Notes under the pieces: model-generated
What the model was told of the DNA's origin: nothing
What the model saw: only the letters and a program-made list of their open reading frames with translations
Database searches by the model: none
Source: a virus
Length of the DNA: 64,000 bases
Virus record (IMG/VR): IMGVR_UViG_3300042691_050947
Strand: one strand, 5' to 3'
In this document: positions 8,648 to 20,837 of the stretch, one piece after another
Position numbering within the stretch: position 1 is the stretch's first letter
How the letters are laid out: every line of letters starts with the position of its first letter
Made by a program: the position numbers and the translations under genes

Positions 8648-9601
8648 ATGCCTTTTACGCCGATTTCGTTACCGATTCAGCAGATGCTACTAACTAATTT
8701 TGTTACGGACATTGCGACTATAACAAATGCTAATACTCTGCTTCTTCAAGCACAGCTTGAAGACTTAATAAATGACCTTGAAATCGATATTTCGAACAAG
8801 ACAATAGGCACAGATACTCCAATCAACTATTTAAAATCAGATACTGTTATTCTACAGGATACTGGTCTAATCTATCAGACAGGTTCGCCGACTCCGACTA
8901 TTATTGCAACACTAGCTAAAAACATAAGTAATGAGTCAGTTCTTACTGTAGATCATCTAGTCAATAATATCACAGCTGGATTTGATGTTGTTACTCTAAA
9001 TGATTTAACAGTCAATACTTCAGCTATTTTTACAGGAACAGCTGATTTTAATGCTCCACTCACAATAAATTCTAGCGTAATCGAATCAAAAGAGAGCATT
9101 CAGGAAGATCTTCTTTGGACTGGGACACCTGCAACTCCAGCGGAAGCAACGATCACATTAAGTAACACTTCTAGGCAGAACATATTTCTTACATTGAAGG
9201 CAAGCACTGCACCTGACCCAACTCCAGTATATGATGGAGTCGGAACAATCGACTCAAATATCAATGAATTTAATGTAATCATTGATTTTGATGCAGTCAA
9301 CCCACCAGCCCAAAACACAAAATTCACCATTTATCTGATTGATATTATTGATTCAGTAGCATTAAACACGATAATTAGTCCAGCGGTCCAGACAGCTGCA
9401 ATTCCAATAAAGTTTCTTGCTGGTACCAACCTAAATACTACAAATGCAATCATATTGCACGATAACACTAGCTCAGTAGGAGTTGCAGATACTACTTTTA
9501 TTAATCAGTATGGAACTAGTGTTACGTTTAACTATATAATTGATGTAAATAATGACGACCGCCTTCTTGCTACAAGTCTAGTTGGAACGTCAGTATTCTA
9601 A
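8648..9601 (+). CDS. Putative virion structural protein (Thr/Ile/Asn-rich)
   Basis: 317-aa ORF, beta-rich composition, ATAAATA at 8621. Confidence 0.55.
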   Translation: MPFTPISLPIQQMLLTNFVTDIATITNANTLLLQAQLEDLINDLEIDISNKTIGTDTPINYLKSDTVILQDTGLIYQTGSPTPTIIATLAKNISNESVLTVDHLVNNITAGFDVVTLNDLTVNTSAIFTGTADFNAPLTINSSVIESKESIQEDLLWTGTPATPAEATITLSNTSRQNIFLTLKASTAPDPTPVYDGVGTIDSNINEFNVIIDFDAVNPPAQNTKFTIYLIDIIDSVALNTIISPAVQTAAIPIKFLAGTNLNTTNAIILHDNTSSVGVADTTFINQYGTSVTFNYIIDVNNDDRLLATSLVGTSVF

Positions 9602-9620
9602 TAAAAAAAGAAAAAATTAA

Positions 9621-11738
9621 ATGGCAGTAACTCCTTTAATTAAGCCAGTTCAGGACAAGAAGGGGATATTTTATAACTTTCAAAGTGCTCTTGAAGACAT
9701 AAATATCACGCTTGCAAATAGCGAAAATGCTGTTCGTTTTTCAAAGTTTGCACTACTTAGAATACCAGAGATAGGTACACCAAATACCCTAGCAACTGAT
9801 AACAAAATACAGTTTGCCGCAGCTGGTGAGTCTCCGATAATTGAAGGACTTAATCCAGACAATAACGTTAATTTAGCTGAAAGCTTTCAAAACTACGCAC
9901 TAAACTTGGAATCGTTATTATTAAGTAGACCAACATATAAAAAGAATGAACGACTAACTGTATCTGAAAGAGTCTTTTGGAAGTGGTTAAAGGAACTAGG
10001 ATCAATCAGGTTTCAGGATGCAAATGCTCTTGAAAAAAACACAGCAAACCTACCAGTAGATCCAGTAGATCACACCGAATATCGATTTGTAGAAAAACCC
10101 GAAACAAATTCTACCTATAATCGGGTAGTAAAATATATCGGTGATATCGATGTCGTAAACACTCTTTCTTCTAGCGAAAACTCATACACCGAAGTTTATA
10201 TTCACGTTCCTACCAATGTAGGAACCACTCCACACGTACTATTTAAGTCAGTAAAGGACGATAATTATAAACCTGGAATGACGATTGCAAATACTCTAGC
10301 TGCACCGTTAGACATTGAATATCTTTCAGGTAGAAAATACAATGAGACCCATCCATTTGGACTTTCACTAAAGGCCTTTTATGACTTAGACGATGCTAGT
10401 GTAACTGCCCAAATAAAAAACACACTGGCTGGTGCATACTCTCCAGGTAACTGGTTTACGGGAACAATAAACAATTCATACTATACTGACAATAACGGTT
10501 CTAATCAATATTATGTTGCATCAGATCAGTTTATCAAAAAGACATTCGGTCCAACCATAGTTGAATATCAGCGATCTACCTTGGATGGAATCTCTATAGA
10601 TTTTGACTTAGCTAACTATAAACTCGCTAGCGAAAACCCGGAAATCAAAGTTTTTTCTCAATTCAATGATTACGTAGCTAATCGTGATTTTGAATTTAAT
10701 GCGGTCCTAGTATATTATGATACGTATGATCCAAACAATTTAGATTCTACTGGAAATCCAATCGATTTTAGAACAAACCTATACGGTGTCCTATTTTTAG
10801 ACAAAGTTCAACAAAGCGGTCTAGAATTTGCGATTCCTCCAATAAGTAAGTATAAACCAGATCCAATAAGTAAGACCAACGGTAATGCTTTTTCATTTAA
10901 GTTAAACCTTAAATTAGATACTTCTATTGAGGACGCAAAAGTTGAAAAATCAATAAACGACTACTCAACCTTTTCTCTAGAGCTATTTACTGATGTTTTA
11001 ACCAAGTTCACCCAGCTCCAGACAAGTTTTTCGAATAAACTAATTGAACTAGAGGCTTTACAGCAACAAGTAAATTCAATTAAAGACTTATTAGTTAACT
11101 CTATTGACTCTAGCGAAATCCTAACTAGGGTTTCCAATTTAGAGACTTCTCTTATTGCAAATCAAGCGATTTTTAGCAATACTGGTGAACTTGTTGCAAT
11201 GATCGATAACACTAATTCTAAAATCAATTCAATCATTGCTGGTGATACTAACATTGTCGTATCATACGATTTAGATGGGATCCGACCTGGTGAAGGAATT
11301 GTGATCGACCGTAGTACACCAAATAGAGTAAGGGTAGTGAACACCAACCAACAATATAACATTGCAAACGGCTCTTTAACAAATATTGTGACGGGAAGTA
11401 TCCTAACCTTAGGTACCTTTACTAATTATTTTGTCCATCAAAATGCAAGTACTCCTACCATACTAACTAATGATCTTTCTCTTTACATCAATGATACAGA
11501 TATCAGATGGAAAAAAGGTCAAGTTCTTAGATTAGTCATAGAGGATGAAATCATTCCAGGGACATTTGATTTTAAAATATACACAGATGCTCTAAATAGA
11601 AATAATACTGGTGTGTATGGTGTAGTAATCGGATTATTTAATGACCTAGATTTTACTCCATCATTAAACAAACCTATTTTTGACATCATCTGTTTAGACG
11701 ATGCGACCTTTACATTTAGAGTAGACAAAATAAGATAA
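9621..11738 (+). CDS. Putative virion structural protein with coiled-coil segment
   Basis: 705-aa ORF in the structural operon. Confidence 0.55.
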   Translation: MAVTPLIKPVQDKKGIFYNFQSALEDINITLANSENAVRFSKFALLRIPEIGTPNTLATDNKIQFAAAGESPIIEGLNPDNNVNLAESFQNYALNLESLLLSRPTYKKNERLTVSERVFWKWLKELGSIRFQDANALEKNTANLPVDPVDHTEYRFVEKPETNSTYNRVVKYIGDIDVVNTLSSSENSYTEVYIHVPTNVGTTPHVLFKSVKDDNYKPGMTIANTLAAPLDIEYLSGRKYNETHPFGLSLKAFYDLDDASVTAQIKNTLAGAYSPGNWFTGTINNSYYTDNNGSNQYYVASDQFIKKTFGPTIVEYQRSTLDGISIDFDLANYKLASENPEIKVFSQFNDYVANRDFEFNAVLVYYDTYDPNNLDSTGNPIDFRTNLYGVLFLDKVQQSGLEFAIPPISKYKPDPISKTNGNAFSFKLNLKLDTSIEDAKVEKSINDYSTFSLELFTDVLTKFTQLQTSFSNKLIELEALQQQVNSIKDLLVNSIDSSEILTRVSNLETSLIANQAIFSNTGELVAMIDNTNSKINSIIAGDTNIVVSYDLDGIRPGEGIVIDRSTPNRVRVVNTNQQYNIANGSLTNIVTGSILTLGTFTNYFVHQNASTPTILTNDLSLYINDTDIRWKKGQVLRLVIEDEIIPGTFDFKIYTDALNRNNTGVYGVVIGLFNDLDFTPSLNKPIFDIICLDDATFTFRVDKIR

Positions 11739-11747
11739 CCTTAATAC

Positions 11748-14700
11748 ATGGAAACAAAACATACGCTATCTGACGTTTTAAAAAGACTTGTTGTTGACAT
11801 CGACAACATGAATCAATTTTTATTCAGCTTACAAAATATTCTAGAGTCAAGCTCAGAGAACGTCACTGTTTCTCAAACAAAGGTTGATGGGACTTCAACT
11901 AATATCACTGTTCCTTCATTTGGATATCTAAAAGGTAAGATCGAAGACATCAACACAAAGTTTGATACCTTAATCTCAGCAAATAGCGATGTGATTGGAA
12001 TAAAGTCTTCTAGTGGAGACCTTAGGAAATTTGAATTAAAAAAGACCTCACAACTAGTAAAAGACTTGGAGGCCGTTCAAAACTCAACCTTTGCCGTTCC
12101 AAGTTCATTTAAAGTAAAAAATAACTGGTTTTTTGAATCATTCCTAAATCCTTTGCTCTATGTTAGCTTAGACGTATCTGCTATCTTAACTGATGATATT
12201 GATCAATTCGTAGTCAAAAGAATCATAGTAAATTCAGTTAATAACGATGATGTTGCAACATTCTTTGACGATAACTATAAAGGACAGAACGACCTTTCTT
12301 ATCCTAGCCTAGTTCAGGAGCTTAACGATAATGGTATTGACTTTTTTGAAGACGATAATATCGTTGATATGGAAGTATCAGTAAATAGATATCAGGGATC
12401 TTTTGATGTAGTTAAGATATTGGAGGAGACTGGAAATCAGACTCTAACAAGCGGAGCAACCGTTTCAACATTACGTCGTCGATATAAGTTAAGTACTCTA
12501 GTTTATACTGACATATTATCTGGAATACAAAATAGCAAATCTCTAGCTGAGGGTGACGTTTTACTAACTGCAAACGATACTGAATATCGAGTAATCTCAA
12601 TAAATTCTACGGATACTGAGGTCGTGCTCGAGAGAATATTTGGAAACGATCCTATTACAATAGGCGCAGATATTCTTAAGTTAAAGCCAGTTCCATACCG
12701 TCGACCTGAATTACAAGTAAATGTAGGTTTTAATGAAAGAGAAGTGATCTTTATTAAACCTGTAAGCAAGGCTAAAAACCTAACAATTAATGATTTTTCT
12801 AAAGGGCTTGCTCTATATACAAATGAGTTGACAATTCCTTTGCAAGACGAGTCCACTACGACCCTCGCCGATTACTATAACAACTTTGTATCTGATTTTG
12901 GACTGATTCTCTTGAATCTAGCAAAAGAAAAGACATTACCGTCGATCTTAGCTATAACGCCAGATGCGCCAGCCCTAGACGAGACCAGTTTTAAAGTATA
13001 TCAAATAGATCAGCATATCCAAGATGATAATAGCATAACTGAATTAAACAATAACGTAAAGGAAAAAGCCGCTCTTCAGCAAGAGGTTGAGGAACTTAAC
13101 AAGAAGATTGACTCGATTAAATCGAGCATCACAACTATTTCCAAGACACCAAAGGAGGCAAAACGTTTACAAAACAAGTTGACTGAATCTCTTACTGCTC
13201 GGAACGAAAAAACAGCCGCTCTTTCTTCTATTGTCACTAACATTACAACTCAACTCTCTACGACCCCACAATTTGTTACCAATAAAAAATATGAAGTTCG
13301 AGGATTTTGGCAAATACCTAATCCTAAATTAGATAAGTATGGAACTCAAAACGTAGTCCAGTTTAAATACCGTTATCGATACTTAAGTCTTACTGGAACT
13401 CAACCGAACGCTCAACAACAATCATTCGTTGATGTTGATGGAGCAACCAAGACGGCAACCTTTTCTCCATGGACTGAGGTGTTAACTAAACCTAGACAAA
13501 AGGTATTGGATGAGACTACTGGTCTTTATGTTTGGGCCGAAGAGACTCTTACTGATTCAGAAGTAGTAAACACAAATCAATTAAACATAGCGATTAGAAA
13601 AGGAGAATTAGTTGAGATTCAAGTAAAATCTCTCTCTGAAGCAGGCTGGCCAACGAATGCTGCTGAATCAGTATGGTCAAACGTAATTCAAGTAAAATTT
13701 CCAGACAATATTCAATCTCAAGAAGAGGGTGTAGTCATGTCTCAAAAAGCATTTACCGAAAAGGCTAGGCTTGATTTTGAAAACAGCCTAAACGCTAAGG
13801 GACTAGACAATCACCTAGCTAATCAGTTTACTTCAGGCGATAAGTTCTATGCTCACCTAGCAGAAGACATTTCTAGTGGGTTTTTTACAAATGAAGGAAA
13901 CGTCATTGACTTGTATCAAAAATTAAAAAATCTACAGTCTACTCTAGATGCAATCCAACAATCAATTAACCTTGATCGTGGAGTAATCAAAGTAAGTGTC
14001 ATCGACTCAGAAGGAAACTCATTAGACGTTGCAAACGGAGACACAATTCAACTTTTTGCTGGATATTATAAGGACCTAATTAAGGATACTACTGGAGGAA
14101 CTGTGATCTATAATGAAGGTGCAATAATCACCAAACAGTATGCTATCTCTATTCAAAATACGTCAGCTACAAATCTTGAACTAATTTCCCTATTATTTGG
14201 AGGAATAAATGAATTAGCTGAAGGGATAGATCCAGTAACAGGTATATCTGTTCCCACTGATCCGTTAGCATATCCTACTTCAGATTATCACGTAAACCGG
14301 AGATATGATATTGTTCCGATTGGTGTCAATTCAAATCCAGTTCCTCTAATTTCTAACTTTAAACAAAAAGCTAGTACACAATCGGCTCAAGTAAAGAGCC
14401 AATTTATTCACTCTAGAGTAAGAGAGTATGGATTGTCTGAAGAGATTTATTCTCCTAGCGTTCCTGCAACAACATACGCTGGAGCTACCTATTATACACA
14501 AGCATATGTCTATGATGGCAGAACAGTCGGCACTACACAGTATGTTCCAGCAAACTGGGGACACTACTTACCGTTCAATCCTCAGTTATTAATTCCTGGA
14601 ACAGCAACTGATTCTAGAATTTGGAATGGAACGACTAATGCATCGTCAATTGCAAATGGCTCTGGATACCTTACTGAATTCTGTATCAGTAAAGATCATC

Positions 14701-15374
14701 CGCATCTTACTACATTGGGTCCATCATTCAATTCAGTCTATTCAGTTACTACATTGGCTGAAGCATTTCGACCAGATTTTAATGCAGTTGCACCAATCAC
14801 AGCAGCAGACTTTCAAAAATACTTGCCGTTTGCTCATTCACTTCACTTTGAGACTTCTGTCTCAGAAGTAACTAATGCATATGGTATTGAATATTATAAG
14901 CAGGCAAGTCGAATCACTCCTTTGACTCCATCTAATAACACAACATCGGCTGGTAAGAATGATAGTCACTATCCAATTAAGTTAGGTTTTGTGAAAGATG
15001 ACGAATATCTAATAGGAAAATATACATGTGGTTCATACCTTTATCTATACCCTACTACATATGAATCAGTATCTGTCGAAGGAAACTTCCCAGCGCGATC
15101 AGTTAAACCTGTCACATTTGGTCCAGAGAATGCATTAAATATCCCAGTATTGTTTCAGTTCAGAGCATCTGATAGGTTGGGATATATTGGAGGATATCGA
15201 AGAACCGGAGACGCTTTAACTAATATAAAATATTCAAAGAAGCTAGGCATTGATATTATCTTAAAAGATGATGCACCTTTCTCGTTTGATTTACAAGTAA
15301 GCGCACAATATGCTAAAGAGACTACTCTAGATGCACCATTGGTTCAAAGTAAAGGAAAAGTTTCAAGTTTCTAA
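11748..15374 (+). CDS. Large putative baseplate/tail structural protein
   Basis: 1208 aa; central coiled coil followed by an FN3-like segment (VEIQVKSLSEAGWP...SVWS). Confidence 0.55.
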   Translation: METKHTLSDVLKRLVVDIDNMNQFLFSLQNILESSSENVTVSQTKVDGTSTNITVPSFGYLKGKIEDINTKFDTLISANSDVIGIKSSSGDLRKFELKKTSQLVKDLEAVQNSTFAVPSSFKVKNNWFFESFLNPLLYVSLDVSAILTDDIDQFVVKRIIVNSVNNDDVATFFDDNYKGQNDLSYPSLVQELNDNGIDFFEDDNIVDMEVSVNRYQGSFDVVKILEETGNQTLTSGATVSTLRRRYKLSTLVYTDILSGIQNSKSLAEGDVLLTANDTEYRVISINSTDTEVVLERIFGNDPITIGADILKLKPVPYRRPELQVNVGFNEREVIFIKPVSKAKNLTINDFSKGLALYTNELTIPLQDESTTTLADYYNNFVSDFGLILLNLAKEKTLPSILAITPDAPALDETSFKVYQIDQHIQDDNSITELNNNVKEKAALQQEVEELNKKIDSIKSSITTISKTPKEAKRLQNKLTESLTARNEKTAALSSIVTNITTQLSTTPQFVTNKKYEVRGFWQIPNPKLDKYGTQNVVQFKYRYRYLSLTGTQPNAQQQSFVDVDGATKTATFSPWTEVLTKPRQKVLDETTGLYVWAEETLTDSEVVNTNQLNIAIRKGELVEIQVKSLSEAGWPTNAAESVWSNVIQVKFPDNIQSQEEGVVMSQKAFTEKARLDFENSLNAKGLDNHLANQFTSGDKFYAHLAEDISSGFFTNEGNVIDLYQKLKNLQSTLDAIQQSINLDRGVIKVSVIDSEGNSLDVANGDTIQLFAGYYKDLIKDTTGGTVIYNEGAIITKQYAISIQNTSATNLELISLLFGGINELAEGIDPVTGISVPTDPLAYPTSDYHVNRRYDIVPIGVNSNPVPLISNFKQKASTQSAQVKSQFIHSRVREYGLSEEIYSPSVPATTYAGATYYTQAYVYDGRTVGTTQYVPANWGHYLPFNPQLLIPGTATDSRIWNGTTNASSIANGSGYLTEFCISKDHPHLTTLGPSFNSVYSVTTLAEAFRPDFNAVAPITAADFQKYLPFAHSLHFETSVSEVTNAYGIEYYKQASRITPLTPSNNTTSAGKNDSHYPIKLGFVKDDEYLIGKYTCGSYLYLYPTTYESVSVEGNFPARSVKPVTFGPENALNIPVLFQFRASDRLGYIGGYRRTGDALTNIKYSKKLGIDIILKDDAPFSFDLQVSAQYAKETTLDAPLVQSKGKVSSF

Positions 15375-15394
15375 AAAAATGAACGTACATCAAT

Positions 15395-18300
15395 ATGAGT
15401 AATCGTGACATAAATTATGTTAAGTTATTAACGGAGGACAGTAGTTTTCAATTAGTTAGGACAAATCCTAAATTAACTGGAAACGTTAAGATCACGATAA
15501 ATGAATCAGGAAACCTGTGGTTAGAATCGATAAAAGCGAACCCTGAGCTTTCAAAAGATCTCTATTCTAAAGTTCCGATCGATACTGCTCAATCTCATCC
15601 AGCAAACTTACTTAGATTTTTTAATAATGGATCAACTCCAAACGAGATAATATTTGACCTAAATGAACAGGTGAATGCTACAAAGACTTCTAAGAATTTT
15701 AAGGATCAGTATGATTTTTCACACTATTTTAGTGGAGCAAAATATTTAGCATCCAATAAGTATACTGAAAGAATGTCGTATTTTGCCCCTCTGTATCTTA
15801 AAGAAGAGGTGCCAGACTATTTTATAATTTTTAAGATAGACGATCCCGCCAATTTTCCACTGGACCAAGTAAAACAAAACTATGTCTCTGGGGAGACAAA
15901 GACCGATTACTTAATCGATCTTTTCACTCGAGCTTCAATCATCAAGACATTCGACATTAGAGCAGAAACTATTCCTGGAAAATACTTGAGAGATTACATA
16001 AACAACGTAAATTTTCCAACGAGTCCATTGACTGTTCTCTATGAAGAGGACGACTTTACTACATGGAATGGCATCTTAATAAATGAAGGAATATTTGGAA
16101 GTAGGGGAGAGCTAATAAGCAGCCTCTATACTTCTTCCCAACCTTTAAAGTTCTTTGAAGAAAACATTACTAATGGATTTTCTAGAAATGGTGTGATTTT
16201 TCCAAATATTTTAAACCTAGAATTTGTATTTAATGACGATAGCTCAAATAAGTACGATTTTAATAGATATCTAGGAATGTATGTAAACGCCATTGAGTTG
16301 ACTAAGTTAGACATAGATCTTGACCGAGCATACTTAAATAGGGGAACTTGGGAAAACGAACCTCACTTTAGAAAGAGATTCCTAGAGACAGACGAAGTTT
16401 TTCTTACTCAATCAAATCCAGATGGCGTAATCGTTCCTTTTAAAAATTCAGAAGTAAAATTTTCAGACTTTTCAAGAACGTTTGTTGATTCAGACAATCT
16501 ATTTATAAATTACATAAGCGATAAGGATAGCCGGTTATATATGCCGAAACTAACTAATCCATTTAGTATCGAGTATGGACCTTTAAAAACAGCCAGTCTT
16601 TCTGCAATTGGGGCTCTAGTAAACGCAAATATTACCTCGCATGGATATGAGACAAACGATCTAATCGTAATTGATTCGATTGACTCTGAGTATTCTGGTG
16701 AGTTCCTAATAACTGCAATAGATCCCAATAACTTTGAGTATACTGTCTCTTCTGCACCAGCCAATCCTACCTCGACTGGAACCTCTAAAAAAGAACTTTC
16801 TACTGGTCAGTTTAGGTTTGCAAATAACAAGATAGATCTTGGATTATTTTTTGGACAGAGTAGAAAAAATTTTTTACAGGACATCGGTACTGCAACTAAG
16901 GTTGCCGGTAAATCACATGCCGTAATAAAAATAAATTATGCAGGTCGAGTAAGTCAGTTTAACTTGTCTTTAGTCGGCACGAGTTACATTGGATCAACTG
17001 GTGTAACTACTACTGGAGGCAGTGGTACTGGCTTGACACTAGATCTAATCGATAACGGTGCAGGTGGAATATTATCAGCTACGATAGATCAGCCTGGTTC
17101 AGGTTATCAAGTTGGCGATGTAATCACGATCGATGGTGGAAACAATAACGCAACAATTACTGTTTCGGCTGTCATAAACGCTTCGCTTGACAATTATGAT
17201 GAGATTAAAATATATCATCCAAATGGCACGCAAATTGACTCAATAGGTAAGTATGATTTAATAGTCTCAACTCAACTTTACCCATTGATTCCCAATCCTG
17301 GAGAGTACTATGTCTATAATGATTATGATAATGTCCTAGGATATGATGAGTTTTACATGAATGGTGGAGGCACTGCAAGTCAGATCGCAAGCGCACTTGC
17401 CGGATGTATTAATGGTATTCGAAGTAGAACATTTACCGCCTATCAATATGATGATCGTGTATTTATTAAAGCCAATTCTCCTGGAGATTTTGATCAGTTA
17501 CATAAGATCTCTTTCTTTTCTCCAGTAAATGAATATTCAGTAATCACAATAAATAGCACAAATACTGGATCTGCTCTGATTGGCTCAGTCTTTTCCTTTA
17601 TGGGAGGATCTAAAGAAACGGGTAATCGACTAATCATAGATGCTGGTCATCTCAGTAAGATCGAGACAAACTTAGATTCTATTCTTGTAAAATCATCAGA
17701 TAGCTGGTCAAAGATCAGAAAAGTATCACAATGGGTTGATGAGATCACTGAAACTAACTCAACTACTCAAGCGCTAAGATCAAAGGCCGTCTCAGAATAT
17801 GATGGCAAAATAGCAATAGTATTGGAAGAAAATGAGACTCCAACAATCTCTAATAAAGAATTCCTAATGAAACCTAAGTTTAGGCCTTCATTTGGTCTAC
17901 TCTCTTTTTATCTAATTAAGGATCTAGACTTTGATTTTTACTCAAGTACATACACTAATTTTCCAATAATCGATTTATATCAGCACTATTTTATTCCAGA
18001 AGGAATGGACCTATTGGAACCAGGAATAGATTATATCGTATATAACGGTTCAATTTTAACAGAGGGCACTACTTATCCAGCAAACTCAACATTTACAGTT
18101 TCTACGATTACCTCATATTCAATAGTAACGGGTACTCCATTAGTAACATATGATCCTTCTACTACAAGTTCAGTGATTCCAGTCAATGATGAAAACAAGG
18201 AGCTCAAAGGTTTTGACGGATTCTCAATCCTAAAGGACCCAAGTAAGATTGTTCAGCAAGACACAAGTAATGAATACATATTTAAGACAAAATACTTAAA

Positions 18301-20836
18301 TGGTCTTACTAATACTGAATATGATTACTATAAAGAAAATGAAAGTCTAGATTTTGCTCTACGGTCTAAGGTGATACCATACATCACTAAATGGGGAATT
18401 AAGAACGGTAAAGACTCTCGAGATAATCCGTATCGATTAAACACTGAATTGATATTTGGTAGAAATAATTTTTCTCCTGACCATGCAGACAGGTCTCAAA
18501 ATCCTATTAATTTTACGCATGAATGGTTTTACATAGAGAGCAAGTTTAATTATGTATACGATGAGAGCACTGCTGCACAAAACACAAGTTATTTTGATGT
18601 CCCACTCAATGAATCGGCTCTTCTTTCTGATCCTGATTACTTTATCAACTATTTTACCTATACTCCAACCTCGTTAACAGGCAAAGAGATAGCTGATACC
18701 CAATTTAGATACTCATCACTTTATAAAAATGCTGCAGACCAATATGAGGCTTTCTTTAAAGGCTTTAAGTTAACATTTAAAGACGTCACTGACCCTGCTG
18801 TTTTGGGAGCAGATGGAAAACCTGTTGCAAAAGATATTACTGCAAGGTTTGATGGATATAGGTTTAGCTGCATCTTAAAACCAGTATTAGAAGACATTAA
18901 CGATCATACTAAGCCTCCAATAAGATATAGAGTAGTCGAACATAAAGATTACAAATTCATACTAGTAATCATAGAAATATTCATAGGAAGCCTCTCTGAA
19001 ATAGACGATTATTGGAAAGATTCTAGTTTATTTGGTACCACTCAAGTCAGCACGTCTAATTTTACAGCCCTGACTCCAAGCTCAGTAGAGTACTTTGACA
19101 GTGTTAATGGAGACTATCGATTATCATTTAACCAAGTATCTAACTTAACTCACACTCTTCTCTATTCCCTAAAGAATAAGAAATACAATACACTATTGAA
19201 TTCTTTTTCCAATATTAAAATGGGTTCAAAGCTTAACATTACTCCTACTGGATTCAATGGAGCTAACTATACTATTCGCGCATTAGCTAATGCAAACACC
19301 CCAAATTATGTAGGATCATTGACTGACGATGTCATCAACCCTACCGATTCTACCCTAATCTTTATAAAAGATCTTAGTACTAATTTTGATATCTTTGTGT
19401 GTGGACTAGTAAGCTTTGTTCCAACTGTTCCATTGATTAATCCAATAGATTATTCTCTAGAAAAGTTTGTACACTACGATGGCATAAACTATGGAGTTGG
19501 ACTAGTACTACCTTCCCTAGCACTATATGGAATACTTCCAACAAGTACCGTTTCCTTTATCAATCAGAATTTTGCTTTTAAAGTAATGACTGGTGGAGAA
19601 AAATACTTTGAAAAACTAATTGAAAAGATCTCATTTGCAAAGTTTAAAAAATACATTAATGAGCTAGACAATATCATAGAATATTCTTCGTACTCTCTTA
19701 ACTCTGCCGGAGTCTCTGTTCTTAATCCTAATCCTAACTTTTATCTAGAGGTACTTGACGTTAGTTACATTGAAAAACAAAATCAATTAATAACTAACTT
19801 TACTGAGAGCATACCTATCCAGTTTTCTGGACAAGATGAAATCGGTACAGATTATGAAGTAGCCGATCTTCCAGTAAAATATGAACTAAACAGATATAAG
19901 GGAGAATACGAACCAGTCGTTCGAAACTACTCTATTTACCAATCAAATTATAAGTTTACCAAAAACGCAATAAATGATCTTTCTTTAAGTAACACTAAAA
20001 TAAATCCAGAAGTTTCCAATTTTCTGACTATTCAAAACTTTAATCATATTAAAGTAGCAGACACTCAAGTTTTAGTTTTAGAGTCTGACGAATCATACTT
20101 ACCGATTTATCCTAAGATAAGCGAAGTTGCAATCGGTCAAGGAGAATATTTCCTACTTCGAGGTAACTGGGATTGGGGATTCCACTACAAGTATTCAAAT
20201 AAGGAACAGTATTTACCAGTTTCCGGTGCACTGCGAATAGAAGAAGATGATTCATTCTTAGCTAAATTGATAAACCTGCCTGAGATAATAGAGCTTAATG
20301 ATTTTAATATCGAGTTTATTGATCCTGCAATAGAGTTTAAATCAGTAGACATATCCAAAGTAGAAATAGTAGCTAAGGAGACTCCTAATGCAGTAGAGGG
20401 AATCATCAATGTGAATAATGTTCTTACTCGATTCCTGATTGAGGATGGGATCGATGCAAAATTTAACGAGTACCTAATAAACTCAAACCAGTATATTGGA
20501 AACTTTACCAGTATTTCTGATCCAGACATAAATGTTTCCTCGTATGTTAGGGAATACATAAAACTTAATATCTTAAAGTTGTATGATATTGATATAAATG
20601 CCTTTTATGCAAAAGAAGATACTACATTAGTGTCAACTAATCAACAGGCTGGCGCAAATCCAAACTCAATAGAATTTGTTTTCTTGGATGATAAAAAACG
20701 CTTTACTCAAGGTTACAACATATTAAAGTCATTGCAAATAAATAAAAAAGATAAGTTGATACTCCAATTTAGTTTCTTAAAGAAACCTGGTACTGGTCTA
20801 TTAATAAGTCCAAAGATAAAAATTAAATTCATCTAA
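15395..20836 (+). CDS. Very large putative baseplate/tail structural protein
   Basis: 1813 aa; contains the GGSGTGLT...PGSGYQVGDVITIDGG module common in T4-like structural proteins. Confidence 0.6.
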   Translation: MSNRDINYVKLLTEDSSFQLVRTNPKLTGNVKITINESGNLWLESIKANPELSKDLYSKVPIDTAQSHPANLLRFFNNGSTPNEIIFDLNEQVNATKTSKNFKDQYDFSHYFSGAKYLASNKYTERMSYFAPLYLKEEVPDYFIIFKIDDPANFPLDQVKQNYVSGETKTDYLIDLFTRASIIKTFDIRAETIPGKYLRDYINNVNFPTSPLTVLYEEDDFTTWNGILINEGIFGSRGELISSLYTSSQPLKFFEENITNGFSRNGVIFPNILNLEFVFNDDSSNKYDFNRYLGMYVNAIELTKLDIDLDRAYLNRGTWENEPHFRKRFLETDEVFLTQSNPDGVIVPFKNSEVKFSDFSRTFVDSDNLFINYISDKDSRLYMPKLTNPFSIEYGPLKTASLSAIGALVNANITSHGYETNDLIVIDSIDSEYSGEFLITAIDPNNFEYTVSSAPANPTSTGTSKKELSTGQFRFANNKIDLGLFFGQSRKNFLQDIGTATKVAGKSHAVIKINYAGRVSQFNLSLVGTSYIGSTGVTTTGGSGTGLTLDLIDNGAGGILSATIDQPGSGYQVGDVITIDGGNNNATITVSAVINASLDNYDEIKIYHPNGTQIDSIGKYDLIVSTQLYPLIPNPGEYYVYNDYDNVLGYDEFYMNGGGTASQIASALAGCINGIRSRTFTAYQYDDRVFIKANSPGDFDQLHKISFFSPVNEYSVITINSTNTGSALIGSVFSFMGGSKETGNRLIIDAGHLSKIETNLDSILVKSSDSWSKIRKVSQWVDEITETNSTTQALRSKAVSEYDGKIAIVLEENETPTISNKEFLMKPKFRPSFGLLSFYLIKDLDFDFYSSTYTNFPIIDLYQHYFIPEGMDLLEPGIDYIVYNGSILTEGTTYPANSTFTVSTITSYSIVTGTPLVTYDPSTTSSVIPVNDENKELKGFDGFSILKDPSKIVQQDTSNEYIFKTKYLNGLTNTEYDYYKENESLDFALRSKVIPYITKWGIKNGKDSRDNPYRLNTELIFGRNNFSPDHADRSQNPINFTHEWFYIESKFNYVYDESTAAQNTSYFDVPLNESALLSDPDYFINYFTYTPTSLTGKEIADTQFRYSSLYKNAADQYEAFFKGFKLTFKDVTDPAVLGADGKPVAKDITARFDGYRFSCILKPVLEDINDHTKPPIRYRVVEHKDYKFILVIIEIFIGSLSEIDDYWKDSSLFGTTQVSTSNFTALTPSSVEYFDSVNGDYRLSFNQVSNLTHTLLYSLKNKKYNTLLNSFSNIKMGSKLNITPTGFNGANYTIRALANANTPNYVGSLTDDVINPTDSTLIFIKDLSTNFDIFVCGLVSFVPTVPLINPIDYSLEKFVHYDGINYGVGLVLPSLALYGILPTSTVSFINQNFAFKVMTGGEKYFEKLIEKISFAKFKKYINELDNIIEYSSYSLNSAGVSVLNPNPNFYLEVLDVSYIEKQNQLITNFTESIPIQFSGQDEIGTDYEVADLPVKYELNRYKGEYEPVVRNYSIYQSNYKFTKNAINDLSLSNTKINPEVSNFLTIQNFNHIKVADTQVLVLESDESYLPIYPKISEVAIGQGEYFLLRGNWDWGFHYKYSNKEQYLPVSGALRIEEDDSFLAKLINLPEIIELNDFNIEFIDPAIEFKSVDISKVEIVAKETPNAVEGIINVNNVLTRFLIEDGIDAKFNEYLINSNQYIGNFTSISDPDINVSSYVREYIKLNILKLYDIDINAFYAKEDTTLVSTNQQAGANPNSIEFVFLDDKKRFTQGYNILKSLQINKKDKLILQFSFLKKPGTGLLISPKIKIKFI

Positions 20837-20837
20837 G